A DNA stretch of 64,000 nucleotides, from positions 1,056,001 to 1,120,000 of the forward strand of contig CAWBAN010000001.1 in the NCBI GenBank assembly GCA_963786935.1, in the 5' to 3' direction. Positions within the stretch are counted from its first letter, which is position 1, and each line of letters starts with the position of its first letter. A model generated the notes under the pieces. The model was given only the letters and a program-made list of their open reading frames with translations. It was not told where the DNA came from and ran no database searches. Below are positions 60,692-64,000 of the stretch, one piece after another. The DNA comes from an uncultured bacterium (GTDB taxonomy: Bacteria; Krumholzibacteriota; Krumholzibacteriia; Krumholzibacteriales; Krumholzibacteriaceae). A program made the translations under genes and the position numbers.

Positions 60692-61450
60692 TTATTGCTG
60701 CGACGTCCGCCGGGCTCCGCCTTTGCCGGCGGCGATCCGCTTCGGGCGCGGGTGCCGGCGGCGGTCCAGATGCTCGGATTTCTCGACATCGAGCATCTTC
60801 GTGCCGCCGACATAATCCCGGGACGCCGCCCGGGTGATCATCGGCAGCCGCTCCGCGACCTTCTGGATGCGGGAGATCTCCCGCTCGATGCTCTTGAGCT
60901 TCTTGACCGTCCCCGGATCGTGCTTATCCCGCTCCATGAGGAGCAGCTGCGTGTTCCCGAGAATGGCGCACAGCGGATTGTTGATGGCGTGGTTGAGGCC
61001 GATCGCGATCTCGGAGAGCGCGGTGAGCCGCTCCGCTTCGAGAAGCTTGCCCTGGAACCGTTTGACCGAGCGCAGATCGGACAAGACGCACAGGAATCCG
61101 GCCAAAGGGCCCTCCGGACGGCGGAGCGGCGAAACGACGATCTGCACCGGGATCTCGGCGCCGTCCCTCGCCCGGAGCTTCGTGATGAAGCCGTCCGCCG
61201 GCAGCTCGCTGCGCGTGCGGAGGATGTCCGTGATGTAGCGCACGCTCGCGATGCGGATCACGCCGCTGATCCGCTTCCGCATGACCTCGGCGCCCGCATA
61301 GCCCGTCAGCCGTTCGGCGGCGCGGTTGAACATGATGATCCGGAGCCGCATGTCGATCGACACGAGCGCGGCGGGAACGCTGTCGAACACGCCGACGAGG
61401 TATTCGACGCTTTCCTGGCCTCGGAGGTTATGCGCGTATTCGACGCTCAT
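60692..61450 (-). CDS. PAS + HisKA protein with no ATPase domain
   Basis: PAS 'FNRAAERLTGY'; H-box 'LNHAINNPL'; ends about 70 aa later with no N/G boxes. Confidence 0.75.
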   Translation of the reverse strand: MSVEYAHNLRGQESVEYLVGVFDSVPAALVSIDMRLRIIMFNRAAERLTGYAGAEVMRKRISGVIRIASVRYITDILRTRSELPADGFITKLRARDGAEIPVQIVVSPLRRPEGPLAGFLCVLSDLRSVKRFQGKLLEAERLTALSEIAIGLNHAINNPLCAILGNTQLLLMERDKHDPGTVKKLKSIEREISRIQKVAERLPMITRAASRDYVGGTKMLDVEKSEHLDRRRHPRPKRIAAGKGGARRTSQQ

Positions 61451-61471
61451 GCGATCCGTGTCGCCCCCGCT

Positions 61472-61885
61472 TCACGCGACGACCGGCACCGCGCCGGCAC
61501 GCGCCATATGATCGGCGATCTTGCTGATCAGATCGGCCATCTCGAACGGCTTGTACATGAACTCGTCCGCCTTCGACCACGTCGCGAGAAAATCCTCCCG
61601 CTCGGGGCTGTTCACCTTGCGCGCGGTGAGCACGAGAATCGGAAACGGCTCGATCTTCTTGTGATCCATCTCTTCCTTGAGGATCCGGGAGACCTCGTAG
61701 CCGTTCTTGCCCGGAAGCATGATGTCGAGGAGCATGAGGTCGTAGCGGTTCTTGCGCGCCATCCGGAGCGCGTTGAGGCCGTCATACGCCGCCTCGACCA
61801 CGTAGCCTTTCACCTCGAGACAGTACTTGACGGTCTCGACGATGTCCTCGTCGTCCTCGACGATCAGAATCTTGTACGACTTCAT
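61472..61885 (-). CDS. Single-domain response regulator (receiver only)
   Basis: 'ILIVEDD', 'LLDIMLP', 'LTA', 'KPF'. Confidence 0.92.
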   Translation of the reverse strand: MKSYKILIVEDDEDIVETVKYCLEVKGYVVEAAYDGLNALRMARKNRYDLMLLDIMLPGKNGYEVSRILKEEMDHKKIEPFPILVLTARKVNSPEREDFLATWSKADEFMYKPFEMADLISKIADHMARAGAVPVVA

Positions 61886-63858
61886 CAAGCGGCTCCTTTC
61901 AAACTACGGGCCGTCGGCCCGTCCTGCATTCGCTCAAACGCGGCGGAGACGAGATCGCGAAGATCGGCGCCCTCTCTCGGGCTGACGCCCCAACCGGTCC
62001 GCGGCTCCCCATCGAGAAACCCCGCCGGATCCTCCACGCGATCCGCGCGCGCGACGAGCGCCAAGCCGATCCGCCCCGAGAGGGACCAGAGAAACGCGTC
62101 GTGATCCTTCAGCTCCCCCGCCTCGGGATTGATCACGGGTACGGGGCGGCATCGCTCGGCAACTTCGTCCCACGGCATCTCCTCCTCTTTCGAAACAACG
62201 TACACGGCCGACGGAAAGCCCCTGGCGATCAACTCGTCGACCTTCGTCTGCATGAGCCGGTAGCGCTTCACGATTCGCGCGGTGTTCTGATCGACGGGGA
62301 GGTACAGGTGCACCGTGCTCCCCCGCTCGACGCGCTCGTCGACGACGAGCGTGCCCCCCTGCATCCGAACGAGACGCTTCGCGATGACGAGGCCGAGCCC
62401 GCGCGACGCCCTGACGGGGCGCTCGCCCGTTTCGGCCAGATTGCTGCTCTCGGCGATCTCCCGCGGTATGCCGCTCCCCGAATCGCGGACGGCGAGATCG
62501 GCGAAGGCGATCGACGGGAGCCGCTCAGCAAGCCCCGCGGGCAGAATCCTCGCGGGGCAGCCGCCGACCGGCCGCATCGAAATCGAGATGCTCCCGCCGG
62601 CGGGGACATGCTTCATGCTGTTCGCGAGCAGGTTGTGGATGACCTGCTCGATCCGGTCGCGGTCGAACATGATCGTCCGGCACGCGCCGTCGACGTCGAT
62701 GGTGAAATCGATGCCCCGCTTTTCCAGCGGGTGCACGAACAGCATCGTGATCTCTTCGAGGAAATCTCTCGTATCGTTCGATTCGATCCTGAACGGCCGC
62801 TCGTCGAGGCGCGCGGACGACGCGTCGACGAGCCCGTCGACGAGCCTTCCGAGCCGGTCGACGGTGCGAATGGCGTTCGTCAGGAAATTCGGTCCGGTCC
62901 GGCGGCCGCCCGCATCCGGGTCTCCCGCCTCTCCCGCTCCCTGCACGATCGAGAGCGACGCCTTGAGCGCCGCGAGCGGCGTGCGGAGCTCGTGGGCGAC
63001 GATCGCGACGTCCTCCTCGCGCGCCTCCGCCTGCTCCCGCTGCGACGTGGTCTCCCTGAGGAGCGCGAGCGATCCGATCCCGGGCGAGATCGCGTCGAGG
63101 AGCACCCACGACACGTTGAGATATCGCTCGGGCACGCACGAGCCTTCGAGCTCCCGCTCGACGATGGAGCTCTGGAGAATATTGAATTCCTCCCAGATGC
63201 CGTGGAGATTGAAGCACGAGTCCCGCGCGATATCCTGAACGCTCCCGCGGAAATCCTCGGCCATGCTCATCAGTTCCCTGAAAATCCTGTTTGCGCAGAC
63301 GAGCCTCCCGTCCGGCGCGACGAGGGCCGCTCCCGAGGGAAGCGCGTCGAGGAGCCGCTCGAGCATCTCCTGCTCGCCGCCGATCTGGAAAACGAGCGGC
63401 GTCCGCTCGTCTTGCTCGTCGGCGAGGCCGTGGAAGAGCGCGATGTCCCTCCGCGCGAACGCTTCCTTCCTGACGCTGCCGAGGAAGAGCACGCCCGCCA
63501 CCCGCGGGCCGTGCGTCACCGGAACGAGGAAATAGCTCTCGATTCTGGATCCTCCCTGCCGGTCCGCTCCCATGATCCCGTTTCTCCGAAAGAAGAGCTT
63601 CTCGATCGCCGCCGGCTGCGAATGGGCCCGTCCGTGGGCGAACATGCGGTAGGTGTTCTTGAGCTTCTCCCTGATCTCGGGAACGTGCTGCGTGAGATCG
63701 CGCGACTCCGCCATGATGTAGAGGAGCTCGGTCTCGCGCGCCGTGATGAAGGCGCAGAGCTCCGCTCCGGCGCGTTCCATCAGGCCGGAAAGAACGGCCG
63801 GCATGAGGGGGTCGTTCCCCATCGCCTCGAGAATCCGTCTCTTGAGTGATTCGTCCAT
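61885..63858 (-). CDS. GAF-PAS sensor histidine kinase with a degenerate GGDEF-like tail
   Basis: 'AHELRTPL', 'NLLANSMKH', 'DSGSGI', 'GLGL'; C-terminal 'GWGVSPREGADLRDLVSAA'. Confidence 0.88.
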   Translation of the reverse strand: MDESLKRRILEAMGNDPLMPAVLSGLMERAGAELCAFITARETELLYIMAESRDLTQHVPEIREKLKNTYRMFAHGRAHSQPAAIEKLFFRRNGIMGADRQGGSRIESYFLVPVTHGPRVAGVLFLGSVRKEAFARRDIALFHGLADEQDERTPLVFQIGGEQEMLERLLDALPSGAALVAPDGRLVCANRIFRELMSMAEDFRGSVQDIARDSCFNLHGIWEEFNILQSSIVERELEGSCVPERYLNVSWVLLDAISPGIGSLALLRETTSQREQAEAREEDVAIVAHELRTPLAALKASLSIVQGAGEAGDPDAGGRRTGPNFLTNAIRTVDRLGRLVDGLVDASSARLDERPFRIESNDTRDFLEEITMLFVHPLEKRGIDFTIDVDGACRTIMFDRDRIEQVIHNLLANSMKHVPAGGSISISMRPVGGCPARILPAGLAERLPSIAFADLAVRDSGSGIPREIAESSNLAETGERPVRASRGLGLVIAKRLVRMQGGTLVVDERVERGSTVHLYLPVDQNTARIVKRYRLMQTKVDELIARGFPSAVYVVSKEEEMPWDEVAERCRPVPVINPEAGELKDHDAFLWSLSGRIGLALVARADRVEDPAGFLDGEPRTGWGVSPREGADLRDLVSAAFERMQDGPTARSLKGAA

Positions 63859-64000
63859 GCGCTTGTCGCAGCGCAATTTACATGCCATGGAGGGGGGACG
63901 CCCCCCCCCTCCTCACCCCGTGTCATGCGGTCCCGCTGCATGATATTATCTTATTTAATTTCAAGCGGATGCGACCATGCGCCGGTAAGGGCGGATCGAG

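Overview
This is a GC-rich chromosomal window from what is probably a diderm anaerobic bacterium. TolC, a lipoprotein, two 2-oxoacid:ferredoxin oxidoreductases and a DUF5683-like protein suggest an FCB-related candidate lineage (inference only). Almost all genes are on the minus strand. From left to right: mutS2 (cut by the window edge), cvpA and yqeY; hrcA-grpE-dnaK-dnaJ-rsmE with a degenerate CIRCE; tandem lepB paralogues; tRNA-Sec; ridA, glmS and glmM; a por-type operon with a HydABC/NuoEFG-like module inserted in it; acs; gdhA followed by two unusual PEP-synthase-N-like (ATP-grasp plus putative phospho-His) proteins, one fused to a GAF-like and a nucleotidyltransferase domain; an HgcC-like/NifX-like/ArsM-like/metallophosphoesterase unit; korDABC and a malic enzyme with a histone-H1-like tail; tRNA-Thr; an ECF sigma/anti-sigma/MacAB-TolC locus with back-to-back matching ECF promoters; a CDF transporter; a second HydABC-like module linked to an NfnB-ferredoxin-MvhD fusion, an HdrD-like protein and a two-subunit amino-acid dehydrogenase; a biotin carboxyltransferase; tRNA-Phe; and a three-gene phosphorelay. 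The best candidates for an undescribed system are the gdhA-linked dikinase-like pair (23.6-29.8 kb) and the Bfu-Nfn/Mvh-Hdr-amino-acid dehydrogenase cluster (47.6-58.0 kb). Many frameshifts, very dense at 16.4-18.7 kb, look like sequencing or consensus errors. I saw no CRISPR array, transposase or integrase.
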